DNA of 64,000 bases from Candidatus Hydrogenedentota bacterium (GTDB lineage Bacteria > Hydrogenedentota > Hydrogenedentia > Hydrogenedentales > SLHB01): NCBI GenBank assembly GCA_029974275.1, contig JARKSN010000275.1, positions 1-64,000 of the forward strand. Direction: 5' to 3'. Within the stretch, counting starts at the first letter, position 1. Each line of letters opens with the position of its first letter. A program made the position numbers and the translations under genes. Under the pieces are notes generated by a model, which saw only the letters and a list, made by a program, of their open reading frames with translations, ran no database searches and had not been told where the DNA came from. Shown in pieces: positions 18,794 to 29,013 of this stretch.

Positions 18794-20653
18794 ATGATCG
18801 GAATCGGCTATATCGCGATGTGCGCGTGTCTCGCGACGCCCGTCGTCGATTTCCAACGCGCCTACCGCGATGCGCTTGACGGAAGTCCGAATGCCGTGGT
18901 TCAGGCGCAGCGCGCCATGAATGTTCTCATGGGGTGGCAGGCGGAATCTCCCTCGGGCGTGATCGCGATGGGGAAGAACGTTCGCGTTGTCGACCTCTCT
19001 CCCGCTCGCATCCAACGCGATGCGCGCACCACGGCCCCGATCGCGCGGGCCATGCGCCTCAGCGGCACAGGGCCGACGCTCCGCGTTTACGTTCCCCTGG
19101 ATGACGACGCGGAACACGAAGTGTATTGGCGAGAAAGCGCAGGCCTCTATGTCCGCCTCGAAAACGCAGTCCGGCAAGACGGCCGCTGGCTGACGTTCAA
19201 AGCGCCGTTTCCGGGCGAGTATGTCGTGCGCGAAAAAGACGCGTACTCGGATCCTGCCGGCGATCCCCCTCCGTTTCTCGATTTCATTCCTCCGTCGTCC
19301 GCGCCGGAAGCCAAGGCTTTGTGGCGGTTTTACCGTGCTGAGCCGACGCGCGTTGCGGGGCCGACGCCCTTGATCTTGCTGCATGGCATGGGCAACGATC
19401 GGTGGAAGGATTTTTTCCACTGGGCGGCGAATAGCCCGGAAGCCGAGGCTTTTCGGGCGCGGTTTCAGTTGTGGAATTATCAGCAACCCATTTCCGGCGT
19501 GAACGCCGCCATCGGTTTCAGCCGCGCATATCCGGGCTTCGAGGAAAGCATCGTCGCCTACCTTGCCCGGTTTCTGCAGCAGGCCGCCCAGGAAGGCGTC
19601 GAGACCGATGGCGTCCGATACTATTTCCCCTCTTCAGGTCCCATGGCCATCCTGACGCACAGCCAAGGCGGCCTCAAAGCGCGCGCGTTTTTGCTCAACT
19701 ATTCCGAATACGCCGACCGCGTCTTTGCCGTGGCGGCGCTTTCCGCTCCGCTCACGGGATCGCCGTGGGGAACGCCTCAATGGCTGCGCCATACCATAAA
19801 TCGCACGGGTTTTTCGGGCGGAGCCATGCTGGGGTCCGCCGCTAAAACGGTTTTGAGCGACATTGTCCTGACGGGGTACTTTTCGACCGCCCGGCAAAGC
19901 GATCTCGACATGGGGTGGGGCAACTTCGACGCAGCGGGCGGGTTTGGCTTTCCGTTTGCGCATTTCACGTCGCGAAGGTTTTTGCAGGGGACCGTCCGTC
20001 TGACCTTGTCGCCCCGGGACGCCAATCAAACGGGGGCGCGCCAATGGCCCGGCATCGCCGATGCGAGTTTTGATCCTCCCGAGTTGCTCGACACGTACTG
20101 CGGGGGACTGGATGTCGTCATGCCTGCTTTGCGCGGCGGCGGACATATGGACAAGTTCTTTTTGTACGGGGCGTATCTCGACCCGGCGCTCCAGAACGGA
20201 GCCGCCTTGCGGGAGGGGCGTCATACCGTGGGCAATCGCGCCACTGCCCGGCGGGAACGCTTCGAGAACATCGGGCTGCGCATGACCGCTCGTCTTATGG
20301 GGAAAGTCCTGTGTGAGGGCAGCGACATCCCGCTGGGCGTGTTTGGCCTAAACGACGGATTCGTGCCTCTGCAAAGCCAACTCATGCTGGACGGTTCCCA
20401 AACGGAACTTATTTATTGCACCCGGGAAATAAACGGATGGCGGGCGCCCGTTTCCCCTTACCGCCTTCGAGAAGATATCATCGCATCTCATACCCTTGCC
20501 GACCCGGCTCGCCTCCGCATCATGCCCGGTTACAGTCATCTCGATATGACGACCGGGCGTTACAACGCCCGCACGGGGCACAGCGAACTCTTTTTGCGTG
20601 TCGCCGAGGACCTTCTGGCGGCGGAATCTTGCGCCGCGAACGGTCGGTCGTGA
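18794..20653 (+). CDS. Probably secreted alpha/beta-hydrolase (lipase/esterase-like)
   Basis: Hydrophobic N-terminus; oxyanion 'LLHGM', nucleophile elbow 'THSQGG', 'PLTGSP', 'NDGFVP', 'SHLDM'. Confidence 0.65.
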   Translation: MIGIGYIAMCACLATPVVDFQRAYRDALDGSPNAVVQAQRAMNVLMGWQAESPSGVIAMGKNVRVVDLSPARIQRDARTTAPIARAMRLSGTGPTLRVYVPLDDDAEHEVYWRESAGLYVRLENAVRQDGRWLTFKAPFPGEYVVREKDAYSDPAGDPPPFLDFIPPSSAPEAKALWRFYRAEPTRVAGPTPLILLHGMGNDRWKDFFHWAANSPEAEAFRARFQLWNYQQPISGVNAAIGFSRAYPGFEESIVAYLARFLQQAAQEGVETDGVRYYFPSSGPMAILTHSQGGLKARAFLLNYSEYADRVFAVAALSAPLTGSPWGTPQWLRHTINRTGFSGGAMLGSAAKTVLSDIVLTGYFSTARQSDLDMGWGNFDAAGGFGFPFAHFTSRRFLQGTVRLTLSPRDANQTGARQWPGIADASFDPPELLDTYCGGLDVVMPALRGGGHMDKFFLYGAYLDPALQNGAALREGRHTVGNRATARRERFENIGLRMTARLMGKVLCEGSDIPLGVFGLNDGFVPLQSQLMLDGSQTELIYCTREINGWRAPVSPYRLREDIIASHTLADPARLRIMPGYSHLDMTTGRYNARTGHSELFLRVAEDLLAAESCAANGRS

Positions 20654-20762
20654 CAGCAGACTGCAACTTTTCGTGTCATTCGGGCATTGAAATGAAGAAT
20701 CGATGTAGCGGCGGCTCCCCGGAGTTTATATCGCGCGGGGCGCGTACAGAGGAGATGAGAAC

Positions 20763-21617
20763 GTGGGCCAGCCAGAGACAGCTCTTATCATGACGCATGC
20801 CATGGCCGTTTCGCGCCCCGGGAGAAGACGATGGGGACGTTCCTGTTGTCTTGCTGCGGCGTTTTTCCTGTTGGCGTCGCCGGAGTTCGCCTTTGCGCAG
20901 ACGCCCGAGCCGTCCACAAGCGCATCCCCTGCGGCTTCGGACGCCGTCAGAGCGCCCTTGGACGCCATGCTTCAACCTCTTTCCCCGCCGCGCCAGATGA
21001 CGACGTATGACATGGTTCAAGCGGGCGGCGCCATGCTGTGGGTCATCATGGCCGTAAGCATTCTTACACTGGTCATGGTGATCTATTGTTTTCTCACCGT
21101 CACGCCAGCCCGCGAAGCGCCGCCGCTTTTTGTGAAACGCGCCCACGCCCTGATCGAGGCAGGCGACCTGCGCGGCGCGCATGAATTGTGCGAAGGGCGC
21201 GACGAAATGCTGGCGAAGGTCTTGCGTGCGGGATTGAAAATGGCGGGCCATGATCGCTACGTCATCCAAGAAGCGATGGAAAGCGAAGGAGAACGCGGGG
21301 CCGCGGCGCTCTGGCAGCGCATCAGCTACATCAATAACGCAGGGGTTATTGCGCCTCTGTTGGGGTTGTTGGGCACGGTATGGGGCATGATGCGCGCTTT
21401 CGGATCCATCGCATACGACGATTCGCACGTGAAAACCATCGAAGTCGCCTCCGGCGTCGCCCAGGCCATGGTCACAACGGCCGCCGGCCTGCTGGTCGCC
21501 ATTCCCGCAATGGTCGCTTACTATTATCTGCGCGGCCGCGTAATCCGCGTGTTGGGCGTCACGGAAGATCATGCCACCGAACTCATCGAGTTGCTGGCGC
21601 GGAATGCCAAGCCATGA
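20763..21617 (+). CDS. MotA/TolQ/ExbB proton channel protein
   Basis: 'APLLGLLGTVWGM...GVAQAMVTTAAGLLVAIPA'; signal-like N-terminus; start uncertain. Confidence 0.92.
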   Translation: MGQPETALIMTHAMAVSRPGRRRWGRSCCLAAAFFLLASPEFAFAQTPEPSTSASPAASDAVRAPLDAMLQPLSPPRQMTTYDMVQAGGAMLWVIMAVSILTLVMVIYCFLTVTPAREAPPLFVKRAHALIEAGDLRGAHELCEGRDEMLAKVLRAGLKMAGHDRYVIQEAMESEGERGAAALWQRISYINNAGVIAPLLGLLGTVWGMMRAFGSIAYDDSHVKTIEVASGVAQAMVTTAAGLLVAIPAMVAYYYLRGRVIRVLGVTEDHATELIELLARNAKP

Positions 21618-22039
21618 GGTTCGCCCGGCAGCACAGGATTGAGGAGACCGAAGGCATTCCCTTCGCGCCGCTCATCGATATCGTGTTCATCACGCTGGTG
21701 TTTTTCATGACGACCACGGTCTATGCGGTCATCGAAAGCGAAATCGGCATTCAACTTCCCACGGCGAACAGCGCGATGCGCAGCGAACGCGCCCGCGGCG
21801 AGATCTTCATCAACCTGCGCAACGACGGACGGATCATCCTCAACGACCGCGAAATGACCATTCCCGAACTGCAGGACGTGCTTCACCGCGTCGCGGAATA
21901 TTTCCCGGGCGGCGCGATTATCATCCGCGGCGATCGCGAAGCCATGCTCGGACGCGCCATCGAAGTGCTCAACTGCTGCCGCAACGCGGACATTCAAAAC
22001 GTCTCATTCGCGGCTTTGCCGGAGGAGAAACGCAAATGA
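21614..22039 (+). CDS. ExbD/TolR family protein
   Basis: 'PLIDIVFITLVFFM' with the essential Asp; 'IIIRGDR'; ATGA overlaps on both sides. Confidence 0.92.
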   Translation: MRFARQHRIEETEGIPFAPLIDIVFITLVFFMTTTVYAVIESEIGIQLPTANSAMRSERARGEIFINLRNDGRIILNDREMTIPELQDVLHRVAEYFPGGAIIIRGDREAMLGRAIEVLNCCRNADIQNVSFAALPEEKRK

Positions 22040-24402
22040 GACTCGTTGCCGCATGGGCAATGGCGGTCTGCTGGGGCCTTGCCGCGCTCGCGCAATCGCC
22101 CGTCGCGCCGCAGGCGACAGCGGGCGCGGAGACCGACACTCCGGAACAGTCGCAATTTGATTTCGCCAATGGACTGTTTGTGCGCGCACTGTATCCAGAG
22201 GCGGCGGAGGAATACCAGAATTATCTCAAACGCTATCCGGAAGGCCCTCACGCATTGGCCGCCCTGTACCGCTTGGCGGAGGCCGAATACGCCGCCAAAC
22301 GTGACGAAGCGGCATTGGCGGCTTTCCAACGATTTCTGGCGAAGAAGCCGGAGCGGCAGTTGGAGGAGCGGGCGACGTTGCGCACGGGCGAGTTGTTGTA
22401 TCGCCTAAAAAGATTGGACGAGGCCGCGCCCATCCTGGAGGCGATGGTAGCGCCGGACGTCAGCGCGGAAGTGCGCGCGGGCGCATTCTATCATTTGGGA
22501 AAACTGCGCTATGATCAAGGCGATTATCCCGCAGCGCAGACCGCGTTCAAGCGTGTCGTCGATGAGTTAGGCGCGTCGCCTCAGGCCCCTTTTGCGCACT
22601 ACCAGTTGGGTTTCGTCTATCTGGCGCAACGCCAAGGTCAGGACGCCGCAGTCGCGTTCATGGCCGTTGCCTCCGCGCCAGGCGTTCCCGACGCCTTGCG
22701 CACGGAAGCGCGTTTCCGGGCCGCCGAGGCATATGATGCGATTGGCTGGCACGAGCAGGCGGTTTCAGCGTATGAAGCGATCGGAAAAGAGGATCCCCAT
22801 TCCCCCTATGCGGAGCGCGCCGCCCATGGCGTTGCGTGGGGACTGTTTCATGCGCGCAAATACCCCGAGGCCGCGCGCGCCGCGACGGAATTTTTGACCG
22901 CATACGCCGCCTCTCCCTTGGCTCCCGGAATACAGTACCTGCACGCCAATTGCCTCCAAGAGCAAAAACAATACGACGAAGCGCTGGCGATCTACCGCGC
23001 TATTCGCGAAAAGACGCCGGCAAGCGAGTATGCGGCTCGCGCTCAGTATAAGGCGGCATGGACGCTCCATCTGCAGGGAAAACCCGAAGAGGCCAAGGCC
23101 GAGATTATCCGGTTTCTTGACGCCAACAAAGACTCGCTGCTTGCCGGGGACGCCTCTTTTTTGCTGGGCCTTCTCCTCGCCAGGGCGGGCGAAAGCGAAC
23201 CCGCTTACCAGCAGTTCCATGCGGTCGTTGAGAAATACCCGCAAAGCGAGTTTGCCGCCGATGCCCTGTACAAAGCGGGCGAGTGCCTTGGCCAGTTGGG
23301 ACGGTCCCAAGAGGCCGCCGCTGTTTTCGAGACGTTCGCCCGGGATTATCCCGATAATCCCCTGGCGACTCAGGCCATTCTTCGCGTCGGAGACGCCCAT
23401 TTTTTTGCCGCGTCGTTTGAGCAGGCCGTGACGAAATACAAGACCATCCTGGACGCCAAACCGGATCCGGCGATCGAGCAAGAGACGCTCTATCGCCTTG
23501 GCATCGCGTACCACAACATGCAACGCTTCGCGGAAAGCGTCCAGACGTTCCAAACCCTGGCCGAGAAATATCCTGCCGCGCCGCATGTGGCCGAAGCGCA
23601 TCTGCGCCGGGGCGATTTTCTGTTGCGCGAAGGCAAAGACCCTGTCAAAGCCATCGAGGCCTATCAAGCCTCCCTGGCTGCGGCTCCCGAAGGCCCCTAT
23701 GCAGGGCAGGCCCTCAAGGGTCTTGCGCTCGCACGATACGAAACCAAGGACGTGGATGGCGCCGCCGACTTGTTCGTGAAAGTCATCACCGAACATCCCG
23801 ATGTCCCGCTTCATGAAACTTCCTACGCCTGGGTGGGGCAGCGGTTGTTTGACCAACAAAAATGGGATCTGGCCATTCGCGTTTTGGAGGCGTTGCTAAC
23901 GACGGTCAAGAACTATCCGGATCCCGGCCGCATCCGATTCAAGATCGCTGAGTGCCATGAAAATGCGGGCCGAAACGACGAGGCTATCGCTCTATTTCGG
24001 GCCATTATCGAAACGGCGCCGCAAAGCGCCTCTGCCATCGAGGCCCGCTACCGCATGGCCCAGCTCCATGAAAAACAGAAAAAAATGGACAAGGCGATCG
24101 CCCTGTATGAAGATGCCGCCAATGTGAACACGGGCGACACGGCGGCGCGCGCCCGGTTCCGTTTGGGGGAGCTGGCCGAGGCGGATGCAAATTTCGAAGC
24201 CGCCGCGCGACATTATATGCGCGTGGCGGTGTTGTTCCTCCACGAACAGCTTTCGCCGGAGTCCCTATGGCGCGCGGGACAATGCTATGAACGCGTCAAC
24301 CGCGCCGATCATGCGAAGAAGGCATACCAGGAGCTTCTGACGGAATATCCGCAAAGTGGCCAGGCTGCACAGGCGCAGCAGCGTCTTGCCGCGATGCCGT
24401 GA
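22036..24402 (+). CDS. Secreted long TPR protein (CpoB/BamD-like repeats)
   Basis: Signal peptide; repeated 'KYP.S..A..A.Y..G' TPR units along its whole length. Confidence 0.85.
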   Translation: MRLVAAWAMAVCWGLAALAQSPVAPQATAGAETDTPEQSQFDFANGLFVRALYPEAAEEYQNYLKRYPEGPHALAALYRLAEAEYAAKRDEAALAAFQRFLAKKPERQLEERATLRTGELLYRLKRLDEAAPILEAMVAPDVSAEVRAGAFYHLGKLRYDQGDYPAAQTAFKRVVDELGASPQAPFAHYQLGFVYLAQRQGQDAAVAFMAVASAPGVPDALRTEARFRAAEAYDAIGWHEQAVSAYEAIGKEDPHSPYAERAAHGVAWGLFHARKYPEAARAATEFLTAYAASPLAPGIQYLHANCLQEQKQYDEALAIYRAIREKTPASEYAARAQYKAAWTLHLQGKPEEAKAEIIRFLDANKDSLLAGDASFLLGLLLARAGESEPAYQQFHAVVEKYPQSEFAADALYKAGECLGQLGRSQEAAAVFETFARDYPDNPLATQAILRVGDAHFFAASFEQAVTKYKTILDAKPDPAIEQETLYRLGIAYHNMQRFAESVQTFQTLAEKYPAAPHVAEAHLRRGDFLLREGKDPVKAIEAYQASLAAAPEGPYAGQALKGLALARYETKDVDGAADLFVKVITEHPDVPLHETSYAWVGQRLFDQQKWDLAIRVLEALLTTVKNYPDPGRIRFKIAECHENAGRNDEAIALFRAIIETAPQSASAIEARYRMAQLHEKQKKMDKAIALYEDAANVNTGDTAARARFRLGELAEADANFEAAARHYMRVAVLFLHEQLSPESLWRAGQCYERVNRADHAKKAYQELLTEYPQSGQAAQAQQRLAAMP

Positions 24403-24411
24403 GGAGGGGGC

Positions 24412-26163
24412 ATGATCAGCCGTCGCGCCCTTCTGTATATGAGCGTGATTCTGTCGCTGGCGTTCCATGCGGGGCTTCTCTCCGTTTCCAGTCGTCTGCC
24501 CATGCAACTTGCGCCATGGCGCAAGCCGCTTCCCCACAAGGAACTGTTCCGCGTGCAGATCAAGGACATTCCTCCCTTGCCGCTGCCCACGGAGTCGGTC
24601 GCGCTGCATACCGGTCCGCTCGCATCGCGCCCGGGATCGGTAGAGGCTCTGCTCCAACGGGAATTCCAACGACTCAAGCCGGCGGAGTCTTTTTGGGATA
24701 AAGCCGCTGAACTGCCGCGCCTTGCAGAACGCGTGGCTGCGGATACGTTGCAACGCGAACATGACTTGACCCCGGACCCGGCCATGATGGCCCGCGCCGA
24801 CGCCAAAATCATCGAAATATCCGCCACACAGGCGCGTCAGGACATTCAAGTCCCCCGACGGTATGTCCAACCCGGTTCCACGCGCATCCTCGAGGAACAC
24901 GAGATGCCATTTCTGCGGCGGGAAGATGAGGAGCCGGAGGATTTGCTGCTGTTTGCTGGGCAACCGGCCGATTTTGCTCTGGGGGCTTCCGGGGGGAGCC
25001 CCGCTCTTCCTGCCCTGGATTCGTCTCGCGAGCCGGTCGCCGAGCTGCCCCGGACTCTTGACACGAGTTTGCCGGCCATTCAGGAGCCCGTGGCAAGCCC
25101 CGCGCCCATCGCGGACGAGATCGCCGCCGAAAAAAAATATGAGTTTCTGGACGACATGGTCGACGTGCGGCTTGAAGCCTTTGTCCCTTCCCGCGAAGAT
25201 CGAGGCTACTTCCGCCTGCAGATCATGCCCAAGGAAGGCGCGCGCATCCAGGTTCTTCCCAAGGACATTCTTTTTGTTCTCGATGCTTCGCAGAGCATTC
25301 TTCAGCGCAAGTTAGATGATGCCGCCGCGGCCGTCAAGACCATGATTGGCCTGCTCCGTCCAGAGGATCGATTCAACGTCATGCTTTTTCGCGATGCGCC
25401 GTCCCAGTTCCAGCCGCACAGCGTGCCCGCGTCGGCGGAAAACAAGAAGGCCGCCCTTGCGTTTCTCGCCGGCCTGCAATCGTCCGGCGCCACCGATGTC
25501 TACCGCGCCCTGAGCGCCGCCATCACCGCCCCCGAGACCCCCGGCATGCCCAGCGCCCTCCTGATCATTAGTGACGGACGCCCCACGGCAGGGATCGTTG
25601 ACGGACGCACCATCATCAACAACCTCACCGACGGCAATGCGTCGCGCCGTCCGATCTATGCGGTTGGCGGCGGCAATACCGTGAATCGTTACCTGCTCGA
25701 CTTGCTCGCATATCGGAATAGGGGCGATGCGCATATCGCCCAAAACCTCAAAGATTTCCGGCAGGACCTGCTCAATCAATTCGCGCGCATCAGCGATCCC
25801 ATCCTCGACGAGTGCCGTGCAGATTTTGGCGGCATCGAGAAAGGACAGGTTTTCCCGGAGGAAATGCCGGACTTTTACCTCAAGCGATCCGTCACGGTGT
25901 ATGGACGGTTCGATCCTAAACGCGACAAGGACTTTGTCATGCGCCTGACGGGCCGCGCAGGACAGCAGCGAAAGGAGATCGTTTTCAAGGCCGATCTGGC
26001 GAACGCCCGCACCGGAGACGATTCCATCGCGCGCGATTGGGCATTCCAGCGCATCTACTTCCTCATCGGCGAAATGTGCCGCGTCGGCGAAAAACCTGAA
26101 CTCGTCGCCGAACTGCGCCGTCTCAGCAGCGCATATCGGATCAAAACCAGCTACAGCGAGTAG
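24412..26163 (+). CDS. Membrane-anchored vWA protein with TonB-type N-terminal anchor
   Basis: TM helix containing 'SLAFH' (SxxxH); Pro/Glu-rich linker; MIDAS 'DASQS...GATD...ISDG'. Confidence 0.75.
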   Translation: MISRRALLYMSVILSLAFHAGLLSVSSRLPMQLAPWRKPLPHKELFRVQIKDIPPLPLPTESVALHTGPLASRPGSVEALLQREFQRLKPAESFWDKAAELPRLAERVAADTLQREHDLTPDPAMMARADAKIIEISATQARQDIQVPRRYVQPGSTRILEEHEMPFLRREDEEPEDLLLFAGQPADFALGASGGSPALPALDSSREPVAELPRTLDTSLPAIQEPVASPAPIADEIAAEKKYEFLDDMVDVRLEAFVPSREDRGYFRLQIMPKEGARIQVLPKDILFVLDASQSILQRKLDDAAAAVKTMIGLLRPEDRFNVMLFRDAPSQFQPHSVPASAENKKAALAFLAGLQSSGATDVYRALSAAITAPETPGMPSALLIISDGRPTAGIVDGRTIINNLTDGNASRRPIYAVGGGNTVNRYLLDLLAYRNRGDAHIAQNLKDFRQDLLNQFARISDPILDECRADFGGIEKGQVFPEEMPDFYLKRSVTVYGRFDPKRDKDFVMRLTGRAGQQRKEIVFKADLANARTGDDSIARDWAFQRIYFLIGEMCRVGEKPELVAELRRLSSAYRIKTSYSE

Positions 26164-26217
26164 CCCCCCCCGCGCGGATTTCGAGGCCGCCTGGGCGCCA
26201 TCGAGCGGCTGCATGCT

Positions 26218-27528
26218 TCAAGCCGTCGAGGCGGAGGCTCTCTGACGGCCGAACAATTCATGGGCGTTGCCGCGCATGATGCGCTCGATCGTCGGTTGAA
26301 TATCGGGTTCTTCCAGCCACCCTTCCTCGGCCAATTCGGAAATGGCCTGGGCCAAACCGAGCCGGGCGATGCGCGCATGGCCTGCGCTTTTCTCGACGGT
26401 GAAATAGTCGCCGCCGAATGTAAGCAACTTGCACGCGGGGGCGGCCATGAGGAATTCCTTTACGAATCGGATGCACGCGGTTGGGTTGATGATCCACGCC
26501 CAACACATGTCGATGTACACGTTCGCGTGCTGCTTGGCCACGGCGATCGCCTCATCCTGATAGGGATACGCGATGTGCATGAGCACGAATTTCGTATTCG
26601 GATAGGCCATGAACAAAGGACAGAGATCGCTTATGTTATGGCGCAACCGGTCTATCGGCATGCTGTTGTGTCCGGCGTAGAACCCGGTGTGGAGCTTAAC
26701 GGGCAGCGCATGGTCGGTCGCCTTGCGCACGCAGTAATGAAAAAGATGGTCCTGCAGGGCCTTCAATTCCGCAGCGTCCAACGACTTCGCGTCGGCGAGA
26801 TAGCGCGAGAACAACGGCGCAGCGTCCTCGGCGTCAACCGGGGCATAGTCAAGACGCCGAGCGTAGGCGCTTTGATTTTTGGTGGAAACCGCTCTCGGGC
26901 CGTATTGGGCGAAGACTTCGTCGATAATGCCGTGCCAGTCGCGTAAGGACGAAGGCTCTCGATTGACGTCCAGCGCCACCATGGGAATGTTCAAGTCTGT
27001 GCTGAGCGGAAGCGTGTTGATGTCGCTGCAAATGATGTCGGGATCGGCGGTCTGATGGAACACCCTGCCGTGGACTATCCCGTCGACGATCGCGAAGTCG
27101 ATGTTGGCGACTTCCCGCAGGACGTAGCGATGAAAACCTGGCTCGATGAGCGCCTTGATGCGTGCGGAGATGGCCTCGCAGTTGTCTTCGCGCACGTCGT
27201 CCTCGCCATAGAGCAGGCGCACGGTTTCTCGGATATTGCGCAGATAACCCGTGTTGCGGCACCGGGCGTAGTGCGGCGCGATGTGTCTCCACTTATCTCG
27301 CGGCGCGATCTGGGGATCATTAAGCGTGCCCGCAAGCTCGATCGGCATCCCCGAGACGTAAAGGTCCGACTCGGAGTACCCTTGAAAGAGCATCCCAATG
27401 TCGCAGACCGGTCCTGGGGCGCGGCCCTCCTTGGCGGCAAGGCGCACCGCTTCCTCGCAGAGATGCTCGTGGGTGTCTACAAAAGCCGTACGCTGTACAA
27501 TGTCCAGAATGCTTTGGCTCGTCGGCAT
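26218..27528 (-). CDS. Amidohydrolase-superfamily metalloprotein
   Basis: 'VDTHEH', 'KLHTG', 'LMHIAYP', 'DMCW', 'FGGD'. Confidence 0.8.
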   Translation of the reverse strand: MPTSQSILDIVQRTAFVDTHEHLCEEAVRLAAKEGRAPGPVCDIGMLFQGYSESDLYVSGMPIELAGTLNDPQIAPRDKWRHIAPHYARCRNTGYLRNIRETVRLLYGEDDVREDNCEAISARIKALIEPGFHRYVLREVANIDFAIVDGIVHGRVFHQTADPDIICSDINTLPLSTDLNIPMVALDVNREPSSLRDWHGIIDEVFAQYGPRAVSTKNQSAYARRLDYAPVDAEDAAPLFSRYLADAKSLDAAELKALQDHLFHYCVRKATDHALPVKLHTGFYAGHNSMPIDRLRHNISDLCPLFMAYPNTKFVLMHIAYPYQDEAIAVAKQHANVYIDMCWAWIINPTACIRFVKEFLMAAPACKLLTFGGDYFTVEKSAGHARIARLGLAQAISELAEEGWLEEPDIQPTIERIMRGNAHELFGRQRASASTA

Positions 27529-27792
27529 GGCCGCCTCCTGACGATCTTGATCGTCGTTGATTGGACACGAATTAGAACGGATTTTTTGCGTGGATGCAAC
27601 AGGAAATCGGGCCCCTCAAAACATCACGCGACAACAAGGCGAATGGACGGGTCGATCTGCGGAGAATCCAGGGGGGGAATCCTCAGGGATCCCCAGTTTG
27701 GGGATGGGTGCATGAATAAAGGCCGTACGGGTTTGGATCCTCTAAGATGGTCCCAAGTCGGCATACAAGAGTTCCATTTAGAGGACAAAACC

Positions 27793-28124
27793 ATGTGCGA
27801 CCCGGACAAGATTGTGACGTGGCTGGCAGAGAATTTCCAGTCCATGCGCGCTTCGCGCCGCAAGACATTGGCCGCTCTGATGGACGGCGCGATGAAGATG
27901 CAGGGCACAGGCGTGCTCGTCTTGGGGCGCGCCCTGCAAACACTCAAGGACATCTGTTCCGCACGCCTCACCCCTATCCTGTCGCGGACCGAGGTTTTGG
28001 AAGCGCCCGATGGTTGGGCCAGGTCCAAAAGCGGGGATGGCGCCTTGTGCAGCGATTGGCCAAGAATCATTGGGTCGAAACCAGCGCCTTCGTTGGCGTG
28101 CTGAGCGAACTGGGGGGGGCGTGA
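27793..28124 (+). pseudogene. IS4-family DDE transposase remnant (internal deletion, frameshift, truncated)
   Basis: N-terminus 'MRASRRKTLAAL...LGRAL' runs into 'LQTLKDICSARLTPIL'; a 1-nt slip at about 27981 leads to 'VADRGFG..RWL...RGW..VQRL', the second-Asp motif. Confidence 0.7.
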
Positions 28125-28221
28125 GCACCGAAGGGAACAGTGTGGAAACGGAAGGGGCATGCGGTCTACATTGATCCGTGTCTCTTGGGCAAAGATCGCC
28201 AAGGACGAGGAAGGCTAAACC

Positions 28222-29013
28222 ATGGAAAGCGATCCACACGTTCCCCTTATCAACACCGAAAAGGGAAGGGTGGCCATCAAGCGTCTCCACGAACTCGCCG
28301 CGTTTGAACAGGGACTGGATTTTCGACAAGCAATCAAGGGCTTAGACCTGTACCGCTCTGTCGAATACTTCTGGTTTCTCCTGCATGTCGACATCGCAAC
28401 GCCGGCACGAGTGCTGGATATCGGCAGCTGGCGATCGCCGTTGCCGAGTTTTCTGGCGTCCAAAGGTTGGGAGGTTGTCTCGCTGGATGTAGAGGAAGGA
28501 TGCGAAATCCAGCGGACCTATGCCAGAAAAAAAGGGCTGACAACGCTTAGGCCTTTTGTGGTGCCACATTTCACGGGCAGGATCAAGTATGACTTGCCTT
28601 CCGACCGCTTTGACCTTATCACGTGCATCTGCACGATCGAACATTTCGAGAACGAGGGCGATATGGACACCATCTCGGAGATACACCGGCTCCTGGCGCC
28701 AGGCGGCACTGCCTTTCTGACGGCGCCCTATGGCTCCAAGTACAGTGAACATCGGCATTTCAAATGGTTTGAACGCCGCTATGACTTGAATGCCCTCCAA
28801 CAGCGACTGTTTCAACAGGCGTATGCTTCGCGGGAATTGTTGTTTTTCGGCGACCATCGGAGCGCGCGCTACATCAAATACTACTGGAAACTGCCGTCCG
28901 CCGCGCGATTTGTCCTCGGGCGTTTCTGGCTCCCGTGCGCAAAAAACTTGCTTGCATCCGACCGGGCAACGCAGGAAGATGCACGGCTTTGTGGATTGGT
29001 CCTGCGAAAATAG
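28222..29013 (+). CDS. Class I SAM-dependent methyltransferase
   Basis: Motif I 'VLDIGS', 'FDLITCICTIEHF', 'RLLAPGG...TAPY'; visibly more AT-rich than its neighbours. Confidence 0.8.
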   Translation: MESDPHVPLINTEKGRVAIKRLHELAAFEQGLDFRQAIKGLDLYRSVEYFWFLLHVDIATPARVLDIGSWRSPLPSFLASKGWEVVSLDVEEGCEIQRTYARKKGLTTLRPFVVPHFTGRIKYDLPSDRFDLITCICTIEHFENEGDMDTISEIHRLLAPGGTAFLTAPYGSKYSEHRHFKWFERRYDLNALQQRLFQQAYASRELLFFGDHRSARYIKYYWKLPSAARFVLGRFWLPCAKNLLASDRATQEDARLCGLVLRK

